Source: Candidatus Oxydemutatoraceae bacterium (GTDB lineage Bacteria; Pseudomonadota; Gammaproteobacteria; Poriferisulfidales; Oxydemutatoraceae). Taken from it: 64,000 bases of DNA. A model generated the notes under the pieces. That model saw only the letters and a list, made by a program, of their open reading frames with translations. It had not been told where the DNA came from and searched no databases. The DNA lies in assembly GCA_965220085.1 (NCBI GenBank), contig CBDCOZ010000003.1, positions 448,001 to 512,000 on the forward strand, read 5' to 3'. Of the stretch, positions 30,020 to 40,065 are shown piece after piece (the stretch's first letter is position 1; every line of letters starts with the position of its first letter). A program made the position numbers and the translations under genes.

Positions 30020-30980
30020 TGTTGGAGTATCCCCTTTGCGAGGGCAACTGTGCGCGGAATGATCGGGTTGCGATGCCGAATAACTCGGCCTTGCGGGGAA
30101 ACGACTGGCAGGCAGCCTAGCGGTAGCCATCCCGAAACTTCCTTCCTCGCGTTGGAGTATCCCCTTTGCGAGGGCAACTGTGCGCGGAATGATCGGGTTG
30201 CGATGCCGAAGGACTCCTTTTGCGGGGGGCTGACTGGCAGGGATGAACCCGGAGCCTCTGGCAGGCATTGGGAGAGTCATGGCCTGTGCAAGTCATTGTT
30301 TCCCTCACCGGCGCGTCGTAGCCGATGTGTTGCTATTGCCTGTCGTGTTGATGCCAGGAATCCGGAGTGTTTCTGGCATTGTTCATGGAGTATCTCCTTG
30401 CGGGCAACTGTGCGCGGAATAATCAGGTTGCGATGCCGAATAACTCGGCCTTGCGGGGAAACGACTGGCAGGCAGCCTAGCGGTAGCCATCCCGAAACTT
30501 CCTTCCTCGCGTTGGAGTATCCCCTTTGCGAGGGCAACTGTGCGCGGAATGATCGGGTTGCGATGCCGAAGGACTCCTTTTGCGGGGGGCTGACTGGCAG
30601 GGATGAACCCGGAGCCTCTGGCAGGCATTGGGAGAGTCATGGCCTGAGCAAGTCATTGTTTCCCTCACCGGCGCGTCGTAGCCGATGTGTTGCTATTGCC
30701 TGTCGTGTTGATGCCAGGAATCCGGAGTGTTTCTGGCATTGTTCATGGAGTATCTCCTTGCGGGGCAACTGTGCGCGGAATAATCAGGTTGCGATGCCGA
30801 ATAACTCGGCCTTGCGGGGAAACGACTGGCAGGCAGCCTAGCGGTAGCCATCCCAAGACTTTCTTCCCTGCGTTGGAGTATCCCCTTTGCGAGGGCAACT
30901 GTGCGCGGAATAATCAGGTTGCGATGCCGAAGGACTCAACTCCTTGCGGGGGAGGGCTGACTGGCAGGGATGAACCCGGT
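30020..30980. repeat. Tandem repeat, ~360 bp x ~2.6, with internal sub-repeats
   Basis: Lines 30061/30421/30781 align (period 360-361); sub-repeat GGAGTATC..GGGCAACTGTGCGCGGAAT..GTTGCGATGCCGAA occurs twice per unit. Confidence 0.9.
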
Positions 30981-31101
30981 GCGTCTGCGGGTCGCGCAAG
31001 GCACATCGAGCAACTCGGTTTTGCTTTTGGCGTTTCCCTCACCGGCGCGTCTGCGGGTCGCGCAAGGGGAGGGTTGTGCGAAGGGGAATATAGCAGGCAA
31101 T

Positions 31102-31130
31102 AAAAAAAAGCCCGGCCATAGGCCGGGCTT
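31102..31130 (-). terminator. Rho-independent terminator of the histone H1-like gene
   Basis: GCCCGGCC-ATA-GGCCGGGC hairpin with an A8 tract on the + strand (U-tract on minus). Confidence 0.85.
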
Positions 31131-31155
31131 AATAGGCAAGCACGGTGTGCCGTGC

Positions 31156-31563
31156 TTACCCTCTTCTAGCGGTTTTCCGCTTAACGGTGCGCTTCTTAGG
31201 AGCCGCTTTCCGCTTAACGGTGCGCTTCTTAGGAGCCGCTTTCCGCTTAACGGTGCGCTTCTTAGGAGCTGCTTTCCGCTTGACGGTGCGCTTCTTAGGG
31301 GCCGCTTTCCGCTTAACGGTGCGCTTCTTAGGAGCTGCTTTCCGCTTAACGGTGCGCTTCTTAGGAGCTGCTTTCCGCTTGACGGTGCGCTTCTTAGGAG
31401 CCGCTTTCCGCTTGACGGTGCGCTTCTTAGGAGCCGCTTTCCGCTTGACAGTACGCTTCTTAGGAGCTGCTTTCCGCTTAGCGGAAGCGCTCTTTAAAGC
31501 GATTCTACGTTTCGTTGGCCGTTTTTTGGTCAACTTCTTTTTAGTACGCCTTTTTATGGCCAT
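31156..31563 (-). CDS. Histone H1-like Lys/Arg/Ala-rich DNA-binding protein
   Basis: GAGGAG RBS; nine KRKAAPKKRTV (33-bp) repeats; own terminator. Confidence 0.85.
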   Translation of the reverse strand: MAIKRRTKKKLTKKRPTKRRIALKSASAKRKAAPKKRTVKRKAAPKKRTVKRKAAPKKRTVKRKAAPKKRTVKRKAAPKKRTVKRKAAPKKRTVKRKAAPKKRTVKRKAAPKKRTVKRKAAPKKRTVKRKTARRG

Positions 31564-31690
31564 CACTATCTCCTCTTGGTTTGGGAAAAAAGTCTGTGAC
31601 ATCCTCCCGTCGCATCGCCTTTCGCTTGCGGCTCGGGCTCTGCGCCTCCCGCGCGGGGAGAGACGGGGTTGGGATATGATTCTTTAAATA

Positions 31691-31880
31691 GGACACCTCC
31701 GTGGAAACCGTTACACCCCCTATTCTTAAATCTCGCGATTTAAGATGCAAAGTCTTAGCGCCCGTCACAAGGCTTCTCATTGCTTGATGAGCATGCACAA
31801 CGGAGAGCGCTTCAACTTTTCGTTGTTTTAGAGTAAGACTAAGAATATTGAGGTTATTGACGTGAGTCACAGAGGTATCC
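31691..31880 (-). ncRNA. ssrS: 6S RNA
   Basis: Downstream of zapA. Closing stem GGAUACCUCUGUG/CACGGAGGUGUCC; GCAUGCUC..GAGAAGCCUU and the 3' hairpin CUUAAAUC..GAUUUAAG resemble gammaproteobacterial 6S; about 190 nt. Confidence 0.8.
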
Positions 31881-32186
31881 TGGTTTTTCAAATTGTTCTT
31901 GCAGGTGTTGTTGGTCAAGCCTGCTTTTAATTCGTTCAGAGAGGGTTTTGGCGTCTTTTTGACAGCGTCTGCGCGATTCAAGCAGTTGGTCGGCCATATT
32001 CAATGCCACCATGGCGATCAGTCGCTCCCGGCTCAGATGATCCCGGGACTCGGGCACTTGTTGCGTGACCCACTCGTTGATGTAGTCCGCCGCTTCGCGC
32101 AAATGTTCTTCCTCTTCCCTCGCGCACTCAAAGCGGTAGGCGCTGTTGAGCAGTGTGATTTCCGTTGTGTGCGTTTTATCTTCCAT
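31854..32186 (-). CDS. zapA: Cell division protein ZapA
   Basis: ITLL..Y...C..EE..L..AA.Y, ERL.AMVALN.A motifs; synteny with the upstream small coiled-coil gene and 6S RNA. Confidence 0.85.
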   Translation of the reverse strand: MEDKTHTTEITLLNSAYRFECAREEEEHLREAADYINEWVTQQVPESRDHLSRERLIAMVALNMADQLLESRRRCQKDAKTLSERIKSRLDQQHLQEQFEKPGYLCDSRQ

Positions 32187-32419
32187 TACTGATTCTCTTC
32201 CAGTGACTTCAGTCTTGTGATGAGGGATTCTATGCAAGTCTTGACGTGATGATTATCCTCAATGAGGGATGCATTTTTGGAGGCAAGGCTCTGTTGCTCT
32301 TGTCGGAGCAATTGGTTTTCTTTCGTCATTCGTTCATAACTCTCGAGTAAGTTCGTCACCTGCTTTTCAAGTTCTGAAATCAGATTGACACCTTGTTTTT
32401 CATGTATCTGATTATGCAT
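32186..32419 (-). CDS. Small coiled-coil protein (TIGR02449/ZapB-like) upstream of zapA
   Basis: LEKQV..LL..Y......EN..LR...IESLITRLKSLE; start uncertain. Confidence 0.75.
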   Translation of the reverse strand: MHNQIHEKQGVNLISELEKQVTNLLESYERMTKENQLLRQEQQSLASKNASLIEDNHHVKTCIESLITRLKSLEENQ

Positions 32420-32638
32420 ATATAGAATATTATCGATATTTTCTATTGCGTCAAGTTGTTTGCAATCGGCAAAATCGGGCGATATCGGACAGAGCAAAAC
32501 CGCCGGATTAGACGGGATTGCTTTCTGTTGTCTGTTATGCGTGTAAATATATGAAATAATGAGTAAAATAGTGACTATACAAAGATTGCCTTTCGGCTAG
32601 CATTACGAATTGGCATATGTTGTATTAAGGTATAAACG

Positions 32639-33973
32639 ATGTCAGATACAAAGAGCAAAGAGAAATATTTTGACCGCATTCGGGCGGAATGTGTCGGTCG
32701 CCGCAAGCGGCTGATTCGCGGTATCGGTCGGCATGGGATTCTCATTTTACGCGCTGCGCCGCAACAAAAGTTCTCCAATGATGTTCATTACCGATACAGA
32801 CAGAACAGCAGTTTCCATTACCTGACAAACATCGGCGAAGACGACGTCATCATGGTGTTGGCTCCCGGTTGCGCACACGGGGACTACTTATTGTTCTGCA
32901 AAGAGAATAGCGAGCATAACCTCGTGTGGGAAGGAAGCCGTATCGGCTTGCGCAAAGCGGTCGGGGTTTTTGGCGCCGACAAAGCGTTCGCGTCGGAAGA
33001 ATTCTTCGCTTGCTTGCCCGGCTTGCTGAACGGGCGCGAACACCTCTATTGCGATACGAGCGACGAGGAATTTTTTGCCGATCTCGTCGCGGCCTGCTCG
33101 CAGGCGAGCCGGCGAAAAGGCGGCATCCTGCCGCGTCATTTCAGCGATAGCGACATATTGCTACACGAGATGCGCCTGCTCAAGTCGGCGGCGGAAAAGC
33201 GCCTCTGCCAACTGGCGGCGGATATCTCAATGGCCGCGCAGTTGCGGGCGTGGCGCCGTTGCCGCCCCGGCGCATACGAGTACGAAGTGGCCGCCGAGTT
33301 GCTACACGAATACAACCGCCACGATGCCCCCGCGGCGTATCCCCCGATCGTTGCGGGCGGAGCGAATGCCTGCGTGTTGCACTATATAAAGAATAGCGAC
33401 AAGCTGAAGAAGGGCGGCTTGTTGCTGATCGATGCGGGAGCGGAGTATCAAATGTATGCGAGCGATATTACGCGAACGATTCCGGTGAGCGGGACATTCA
33501 CCCGCGCGCAGAAAGAGGCTTACGATGTCGTTCTGGCCGCGCAACGCAGCGCGATATCCAAGGCGCGGGTCGGCAACACATGGGATACGGTACACAGCGC
33601 TTGCGTACGGGAGCTGACCAGAGGGCTGGTGGACATGGGCTTATTGCGCGGTTCGGTGCCGGCCTTGATCAAAAAGCGCGCGTATGGCGAATATTTCATG
33701 CACGGCACCGGGCATTGGCTTGGGATGGATGTTCACGATGCGGGGTTGTATTTTCAAAACGGCGCGCCCCGCCGCTTTGAAGCCGGAATGTTTTTGACGA
33801 TAGAGCCGGGTTTGTATATGCGCGCGGGCAAGCACATCCCGTCTTGCTGGCGCAATACCGGGATACGCATAGAAGACGATGTTTTCATCTCCGCAACGGG
33901 CGCGCAAGTGTTGACAGCCGCTTTGCCGAAAGAAACGGATGAAGTCGAGCGGGCGATGGCCGCGCCCGAGTAG
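32639..33973 (+). CDS. pepP: Xaa-Pro aminopeptidase
   Basis: YRQNSSFHYLT, LHY, LLIDAGAE, SDITRT, HGTGHWLGMDVHD, TIEPGLY, GIRIEDD. Confidence 0.96.
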   Translation: MSDTKSKEKYFDRIRAECVGRRKRLIRGIGRHGILILRAAPQQKFSNDVHYRYRQNSSFHYLTNIGEDDVIMVLAPGCAHGDYLLFCKENSEHNLVWEGSRIGLRKAVGVFGADKAFASEEFFACLPGLLNGREHLYCDTSDEEFFADLVAACSQASRRKGGILPRHFSDSDILLHEMRLLKSAAEKRLCQLAADISMAAQLRAWRRCRPGAYEYEVAAELLHEYNRHDAPAAYPPIVAGGANACVLHYIKNSDKLKKGGLLLIDAGAEYQMYASDITRTIPVSGTFTRAQKEAYDVVLAAQRSAISKARVGNTWDTVHSACVRELTRGLVDMGLLRGSVPALIKKRAYGEYFMHGTGHWLGMDVHDAGLYFQNGAPRRFEAGMFLTIEPGLYMRAGKHIPSCWRNTGIRIEDDVFISATGAQVLTAALPKETDEVERAMAAPE

Positions 33974-33975
33974 CA

Positions 33976-35202
33976 GTGCCCCGCCGGTATCAGTTTGATA
34001 TTGCCATAGTCGGCGGCGGCCTCGCCGGCATATCGATGGCGCACGCCTTGCGCGAATACCGCGGGCGGGTGGCGCTGATCGATCGGCAAAATCTCGCGCG
34101 GGCGGCCGAATTCTCGCCGCCGTTGCGGGCCATCGCATTGTCGGACGGCAGCCGCCGCATCTTTTCGGCATTGGGGGTATGGGATGAAATCGCCCCGCGC
34201 GCAAGCGCTGTGCGCTGTATCCGGGTGTCGGAGCGAGCCGCTTTCGGCGCGACAAAAATCAACGCGCATAGCGAGCGGCTCGATGCGCTTGCCTATGTGG
34301 TAACGAATGCCGAGCTGTTGCGCGCCCTGTATCGCGCCCATGAAGTTGTCGGCAAAGCGACCTTGCTCTCGGGTCACACATTGACGGATGCGCAACGGCG
34401 GGACGATGGCCTTGACATATCTTTGCGTTGCGAAGGGCAGGCAAAGACCTTGTCCGCCCGCCTCTTGATTCTTGCCGACGGCGGCGGCGCGCTGTCGGCC
34501 GAATTGGGGTTTGCCCGCCGGCGGACAGATTATCGTCAAACCGCGCACGTCATAACGGCGGAGACCGGGCGCGCTTACGATGGCGTCGCGCACGAACGCT
34601 TCGGCGCGCGCGGTCTGTTTGCGGTGTTGCCGCTTGACGGCGCGCATCGGCGGGTCATCGTCTGGGCGGCGCGCAATGACGAATCGGAGGCGATAGCGCG
34701 GTCGCCGGACGACGAACTGGCGCATATATTGCGCGCGCAACTGGGGGCGCATGTCGGCGATGTCAGCGTGGTCGGCAAGCGCTTTTCGTATCCTCTGGAG
34801 TTGTGCTATGTGTCGCGCCCCGCGCGCGACTCGGTCGTGCTCATCGGCGATGCCGCCCACAGGTTGCACCCGGTTGCCGGGCAAAGTTTCAACCTCAGTC
34901 TGCGCGACATCGCATTTCTTGCCGAGCACATTGCAAATAGCGAGCGCGTCAATGCGCCGGATATGCTCGCTGCGTATTGCCGCGCGCGCGACAAGGACAC
35001 GCAACGGGTCGTGCGCTTTACCGACGGCCTGGCGCGGGCGGTCATGTGTCCGGCACGAAGCGCTGCGATATTGCGCGGCGCCGGTTTGGCTGTGTTGAAC
35101 GCATTGCCTCCGCTACGGCGCTTTGTCGTGCGCCGCAGTTTGGGCCTGTCACCCCCGTATTCGCGGCTTGCGTGCGGCATGCCGTTGCGAGACGATGGCT
35201 GA
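33976..35202 (+). CDS. ubiH: 2-octaprenyl-6-methoxyphenol hydroxylase
   Basis: IVGGGLAG, R.IALS.GS, ADG, AHERF, GDAAH.LHPVAGQ.FNL.LRD; follows pepP. Confidence 0.88.
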   Translation: MPRRYQFDIAIVGGGLAGISMAHALREYRGRVALIDRQNLARAAEFSPPLRAIALSDGSRRIFSALGVWDEIAPRASAVRCIRVSERAAFGATKINAHSERLDALAYVVTNAELLRALYRAHEVVGKATLLSGHTLTDAQRRDDGLDISLRCEGQAKTLSARLLILADGGGALSAELGFARRRTDYRQTAHVITAETGRAYDGVAHERFGARGLFAVLPLDGAHRRVIVWAARNDESEAIARSPDDELAHILRAQLGAHVGDVSVVGKRFSYPLELCYVSRPARDSVVLIGDAAHRLHPVAGQSFNLSLRDIAFLAEHIANSERVNAPDMLAAYCRARDKDTQRVVRFTDGLARAVMCPARSAAILRGAGLAVLNALPPLRRFVVRRSLGLSPPYSRLACGMPLRDDG

Positions 35203-36355
35203 TTCAAGCGGCGGCATTGCGGTTGTCGGCGGCGGCGTCATCGGACTTGCCTGTGCGATTCGCCTGGCGATGGAGGAGGCGCCGGTTCTGCTCGTTGTCG
35301 GAAGCGGCGGCAAGCCCGAGCCTGTCGGCACGGATGATTGGGATGCGCGGACATATGCCCTCAACCGTTTGTCGTGTCGCTTTCTGGATGCGATTGGCGC
35401 GCTGGCATTGGTCGCGCGTTATGGGGTGTTTGAAGCGATGGATGTGTGGGATGAGAGGGGCGGGCGTATGCGCTTTGATGCGACCGATATCGGCGAGCCC
35501 CGCCTTGGCATCGTGCTTGAGCACGCCGCATTATTGTCCGCGTTGTGGGTGCGCATACAAGCGTTTCCGAATATAGAATGTGTTGCAAAAAACATCGACG
35601 CGATAGCGTTTCCCGCGCAAGAGCGGGCGGCCTGCCGTTTGGCATTTGCCGACGGCGATGCGCGTGATGCCGGTTTTGTAATCGGCGCCGACGGAGCGCG
35701 TTCGCAGGCGCGACAGCAAGCGGGCATAGAGTGGCAACAACGGGACTATCGCCACACCGCGCAGGCGGCGGCGGTCAAGACGGAAGCGAGCCATCGCAGA
35801 ACGTGCTTGCAGCAGTTTTCCCGCGCCGGGGTCGCCGCCCTGTTGCCGTTAGCGGATAAAGTCTGTGCCGCAATCTGGTCGCATGCAAAACCGGCATCGG
35901 CGGATGCGTTTGAGCAATTCTTCTCGCAGCAGATGGGCCTGGGTCGGGTTGAGATTATTTCGCAACTCGCATCCTTCCCGCTTTATGGCGGCATGGCCAA
36001 AACCTCTATCGCCCCGCGTTGCGCGCTGGTCGGCGATGCGGCGCGCCACATTCACCCGCTGGCAGGGCAGGGGGCGAATTTGGGCTTTGGCGATTTGGCC
36101 GCCCTGTTTGATGCGTTGCGACAAAGCCCGACGAAGCGATTCACTTGGGCGGTGTTGCGCCGCTATCAACGTATGACCGCGGCAAACAACCGCATCATGA
36201 AAGGCGGTCTCGAAGGTTTGCTGGCGCTGACCGATTGCGATGACAGGCTCATCGGCGCCTTACGCCGCACAGCCTACAACCGTGTCGATCAAAGCGTCGG
36301 ATTAAAGAAAAAGTTTATGCGCTATGCGGGCGGAGCGCGTTATCCGGGCTACTGA
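35195..36355 (+). CDS. ubiI: UbiI/UbiF-family FAD-dependent hydroxylase
   Basis: VVGGGVIG, GADGARS, GDAARHIHPLAGQGANLG; ATG at 35195; pepP-ubiH-ubiI synteny. Confidence 0.8.
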   Translation: MADSSGGIAVVGGGVIGLACAIRLAMEEAPVLLVVGSGGKPEPVGTDDWDARTYALNRLSCRFLDAIGALALVARYGVFEAMDVWDERGGRMRFDATDIGEPRLGIVLEHAALLSALWVRIQAFPNIECVAKNIDAIAFPAQERAACRLAFADGDARDAGFVIGADGARSQARQQAGIEWQQRDYRHTAQAAAVKTEASHRRTCLQQFSRAGVAALLPLADKVCAAIWSHAKPASADAFEQFFSQQMGLGRVEIISQLASFPLYGGMAKTSIAPRCALVGDAARHIHPLAGQGANLGFGDLAALFDALRQSPTKRFTWAVLRRYQRMTAANNRIMKGGLEGLLALTDCDDRLIGALRRTAYNRVDQSVGLKKKFMRYAGGARYPGY

Positions 36356-36365
36356 AGCACCGCAC

Positions 36366-38055
36366 AACATTCGCCCGCCGGCGGGGCAGGGGCGAATTTG
36401 GGCTTTGGCGATTTGGCTGCCCTGTTTGATGCGTTGCGACAAAGCCCGACGAAGCAATTCACTTGGGCGGTGTTGCGCCGCTATCAACGTATGACCGTGG
36501 CAAACAACCGCATCATGAAAGGCGGTCTCGACGGTTTGCTGGCGCTAACCGATTGCGATGACAGGCTCATCGGCGCCTTACGCCGCACAGCCCATCCAAG
36601 AAGTCACAAACAACCTAAGAAGTCACAAACAACTGAGTGTTGTTTGTGCTCCCTAAACCGTTTGTGCTCCACAAACCGTGTCGATCAAAGCGTCGGATTA
36701 AAGAAAAAGTTTATGCGCTATGCGGGCGGAGCCCGTTATCCGGGCTACTGAAGCGCCGCACAACATTCGCCCGCCGGCGGGGCAGGGGCGAATTTGGGCT
36801 TTGGCGATTTGGCTGCCCTGTTTGATGCGTTGCGACAAAGCCCGACGAAGCAATTCACTTGGGCGGTGTTGCGCCGCTATCAACGTATGACCGTGGCAAA
36901 CGACCGCATCATGAAAGGCGGCATCGACGGTTTGCTGGCGCTAACCGATTGCGATGACAGGCTCATCGGCGCCTTACGCCGCACAGCCCATCCAAGAAGT
37001 CACAAACAACCTAAGAAGTCACAAACAACCTAAGAAGTCACAAACAACTGAGTGTTGTTTGTGCTCCCTAAACCGTTTGTGCTCCATTGCCGTGCTCCCT
37101 AAACCGTTTGTGCTCCACAAACCGTGTCGATCAAAGCGTCGGATTAAAGAAAAGGTTTATGCGCTATGCGGGCGGAGCGCGTTATCCGGGCTACTGAAGC
37201 GCCGCACAACATTCGCCCGCCGGCGGGGCAGGGGCGAATTTGGGCTTTGGCGATTTGGCTGCCCTGTTTGATGCGTTGCGACAAAGCCCGACGAAGCAAT
37301 TCACTTGGGCGGTGTTGCGCCGCTATCAACGTATGACCGCGGCAAACGACCGCATCATGAAAGGCGGTCTCGAAGGCTTGCTGGCGCTAACCGATTGCGA
37401 TGACAGGCTCATCGGCGCCTTACGCCGCACAGCCCATCCAAGAAGTCACAAACAACCTAAGAAGTCACAAACAACCTAAGAAGTCACAAACAACTGAGTG
37501 TTGTTTGTGCTCCCTAAACCGTTTGTGCTCCACAAACCGTGTCGATCAAAGCGCCGGTTTAAAGAAAAAGTTTATGCGCTATGCGGGCGGAGCGCGTTAT
37601 CCGGGCTACTGAAGCGCCGCACAACATTCGCCCGCCGGCGGGGCAGGGGCGAATTTGGGCTTTGGCGATTTGGCTGCCCTGTTTGATGCGTTGCGACAAA
37701 GCCCGACGAAGCAATTCACTTGGGCGGTGTTGCGCCGCTATCAACGTATGACCGTGGCAAACAACCGCATCATGAAAGGCGGTCTCGACGGTTTGCTGGC
37801 GCTAACCGATTGCGATGACAGGCTCATCGGCGCCTTACGCCGCACAGCCCATCCAAGAAGTCACAAACAACCTAAGAAGTCACAAACAACCTAAGAAGTC
37901 ACAAACAACCTAAGAAGTCACAAACAACTGAGTGTTGTTTGTGCTCCCTAAACCGTTTGTGCTCCACAAACCGTGTCGATCAAAGCGTCGGATTAAAGAA
38001 AAGGTTTATGCGCTATGCGGGCGGAGCCCGTTATCCGGGCTACTGAAGCGCCGCA
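36366..38055 (+). repeat. Four tandem copies (~395-445 bp) of the ubiI 3' end, each with a CACAAACAA-type insertion
   Basis: Each unit repeats GGCGAATTTGGGCTTTGGCG...GGCTACTGAAGC; the 19-bp AAGAAGTCACAAACAACCT sub-repeat occurs 2, 3, 3 and 4 times. Confidence 0.92.
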
Positions 38056-38534
38056 AAGGCGGCTTCATAGTCGGGCTCATCGGTGATTTCCGCTACCAAC
38101 TGGTTATATATAACCGTATTTTTCTGGTCCAAAACCACTACCGCCCGCGCCGCCACTCCGGCCAAGGGGCCGCTGATGATCTCCACCCCGTAGTCCTTGG
38201 CAAAGGACGAGCGCAGAGTGGATAGCATGGTGGCATTGGTTGTCTTCTCGTTGGAACAGAAACGACCTATCGCAAAAGGCAAGTCGGCGGACACGATGAG
38301 TATGTCGGTGTCTTCGTGTTCTGTCGCCATCTCATCAAACTTCTTTGCCGAAGTCGCGCAGACCGGCGTATCAAGGCTCGGAACGATGGAAATCAATTTT
38401 TTCTTATTAAAATCTTTCAGGCTCTTCTCTTCCAGCTCTTGGTTAAGAAGTCTGAAGTCAGGCGCATCGCTGCCGACTGCGGGCAAATTCCCGTTGGTGT
38501 TTATTTCGTCACCGTGTATCGTGATGGAAGTCAT
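38040..38534 (-). CDS. tpx: Thiol peroxidase
   Basis: VPSLDTPVC, VSADLPFA..RFC, ARAVVVLD, EITDEPDY. Confidence 0.96.
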   Translation of the reverse strand: MTSITIHGDEINTNGNLPAVGSDAPDFRLLNQELEEKSLKDFNKKKLISIVPSLDTPVCATSAKKFDEMATEHEDTDILIVSADLPFAIGRFCSNEKTTNATMLSTLRSSFAKDYGVEIISGPLAGVAARAVVVLDQKNTVIYNQLVAEITDEPDYEAAFAALQ

Positions 38535-38646
38535 AATCTCCCTCCGTTATTTTTGAAAGGGGTAATTATACTATTAGTGCGAAACCTTGCATATCATGCC
38601 TATATAATGGTATGGCATATATATATGCGAGATTGATTTTCCCGCA

Positions 38647-39348
38647 ATGGATTTTTCGGAAGTATTAAAAACGGCATTTGTGATGATACTGGAGCTTGAT
38701 TCCGACCTTGCGGAAATCATCCTCTTGTCTCTTCGGGTCAGCCTGAGCGCTATCGTCATAGCGGCGCTCATCGCCTTGCCGCTCGGCGCATTGCTTGCGG
38801 TCAAAAGTTTTCCGACGCGCGGATTTTGGATTAGCCTGCTCAACGCCTTCATGGGTTTGCCGCCGGTCGTCGTCGGCCTCTTCGTGTATCTGATGTTATC
38901 GCGCTCGGGTCCGCTCGGCCCTTTGAGTTTGCTCTATAGCCCGACGGCGATGATCATTGCGCAGGCGCTTTTAATCTTTCCGATCATCGCCGCCCTGACG
39001 CATCAAACGATCAGAGACTTGTGGGCTGCCTGCGAGGAACAACTGCGCTCGCTCGGCAGCAACACACTGCGCTCCGCCAAAACCCTGCTATGGGAAGGGC
39101 GCTACAGCCTGCTGACAGCGGTATTGGCGGGCTTCGGGCGCGGCAACGCGGAAGTCGGAGCGGTATTTATTGTCGGCGGCAATATCAACCACTCCACGCG
39201 CGTGATGACAACGACTATTGCGATGGAAAGCAGCAAAGGCAACTTGTCTCTGGCCTTGGCCCTCGGCGTCATTTTGATTTTGCTCTCGGTGGCGATCACA
39301 TCGTCAATCTATTGGATTAACCGCGCGTCAAAAGACTCCGCCGCATAA
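38647..39348 (+). CDS. tupB: Tungstate ABC transporter permease
   Basis: MGLPPVVVGL, LSRSGPLG, GFGR..AEVGA..IVGGNI..TRVMTT.IA. Confidence 0.9.
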   Translation: MDFSEVLKTAFVMILELDSDLAEIILLSLRVSLSAIVIAALIALPLGALLAVKSFPTRGFWISLLNAFMGLPPVVVGLFVYLMLSRSGPLGPLSLLYSPTAMIIAQALLIFPIIAALTHQTIRDLWAACEEQLRSLGSNTLRSAKTLLWEGRYSLLTAVLAGFGRGNAEVGAVFIVGGNINHSTRVMTTTIAMESSKGNLSLALALGVILILLSVAITSSIYWINRASKDSAA

Positions 39349-39362
39349 CTTGGGAACGGACA

Positions 39363-40064
39363 ATGCGACTTGATGTAAAAAACGTCAGTTACTCGGTGCC
39401 CGGGCATCGCCTGATCGACAATATCAGTTTCGCCAGCAAGGCCGATGCGCGCACCGCCTTGCTCGGCGCGAACGGCGCCGGCAAAACCCTGTTGCTGCGT
39501 TTGTGCCACGGCTTGCTGAAACCGACCGCCGGCGAGATCCGTTGGCAAGGACAAGACCTGACATCGGTTATCAACCAAATCGTGATGGTCTTTCAAACGC
39601 CTGTTTTGTTGTCGCGCAGCGTCAGGAAGAACATCGAATACGCGATCAGCCTGCGCGCGATAAAAGGCGAAGAGCGCAGGCGGCGCGCGCAACAAGCGTT
39701 GCAACTGGTCGGCCTTGCGGACTATGCCGACCAACAAGCGGCGGTCATGTCGGGCGGCCAGCGGCGCCGCATTGCGATCGCGCGCGCGTGGGCGCTCAAA
39801 CCGTCGGTCATCTTATTGGACGAACCGACCTCCAATCTCGATATGGAATCCGCCGCGCAAGTCGAAGATCTCATTCTGGCGCTCGCCGGCGAAGGCGTGA
39901 AAATCATTTTCACATCGCACAGTCCGGCTCAGGCCAAACGCCTCTGCGACGAAGTCATCTTTCTTGACAAGGGAAAGCTCGTGTGTCATCACGACGCGCA
40001 AGCGTTTTTCTCCGCGCCCGAAGATGCGAGGGTGTCGCGGTTTATCAATTCGCAAGTTCTCTGA
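39363..40064 (+). CDS. tupC: Tungstate ABC transporter ATPase
   Basis: GANGAGKT, MSGGQ, LLDEPT, H-loop; lies between tupB and tupA. Confidence 0.87.
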   Translation: MRLDVKNVSYSVPGHRLIDNISFASKADARTALLGANGAGKTLLLRLCHGLLKPTAGEIRWQGQDLTSVINQIVMVFQTPVLLSRSVRKNIEYAISLRAIKGEERRRRAQQALQLVGLADYADQQAAVMSGGQRRRIAIARAWALKPSVILLDEPTSNLDMESAAQVEDLILALAGEGVKIIFTSHSPAQAKRLCDEVIFLDKGKLVCHHDAQAFFSAPEDARVSRFINSQVL

Positions 40065-40065
40065 G

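Noticed and set aside
30970-31687. Plus-strand repetitive ORFs (FRLTVRFLGAA, FPLNGALLRS)
   Set aside because: Antisense of the H1-like gene, which has the RBS and the correctly oriented terminator.
36398-38225. Small ORFs as real genes
   Set aside because: They are translations of duplicated ubiI 3' fragments with no RBS or N-terminal domain.
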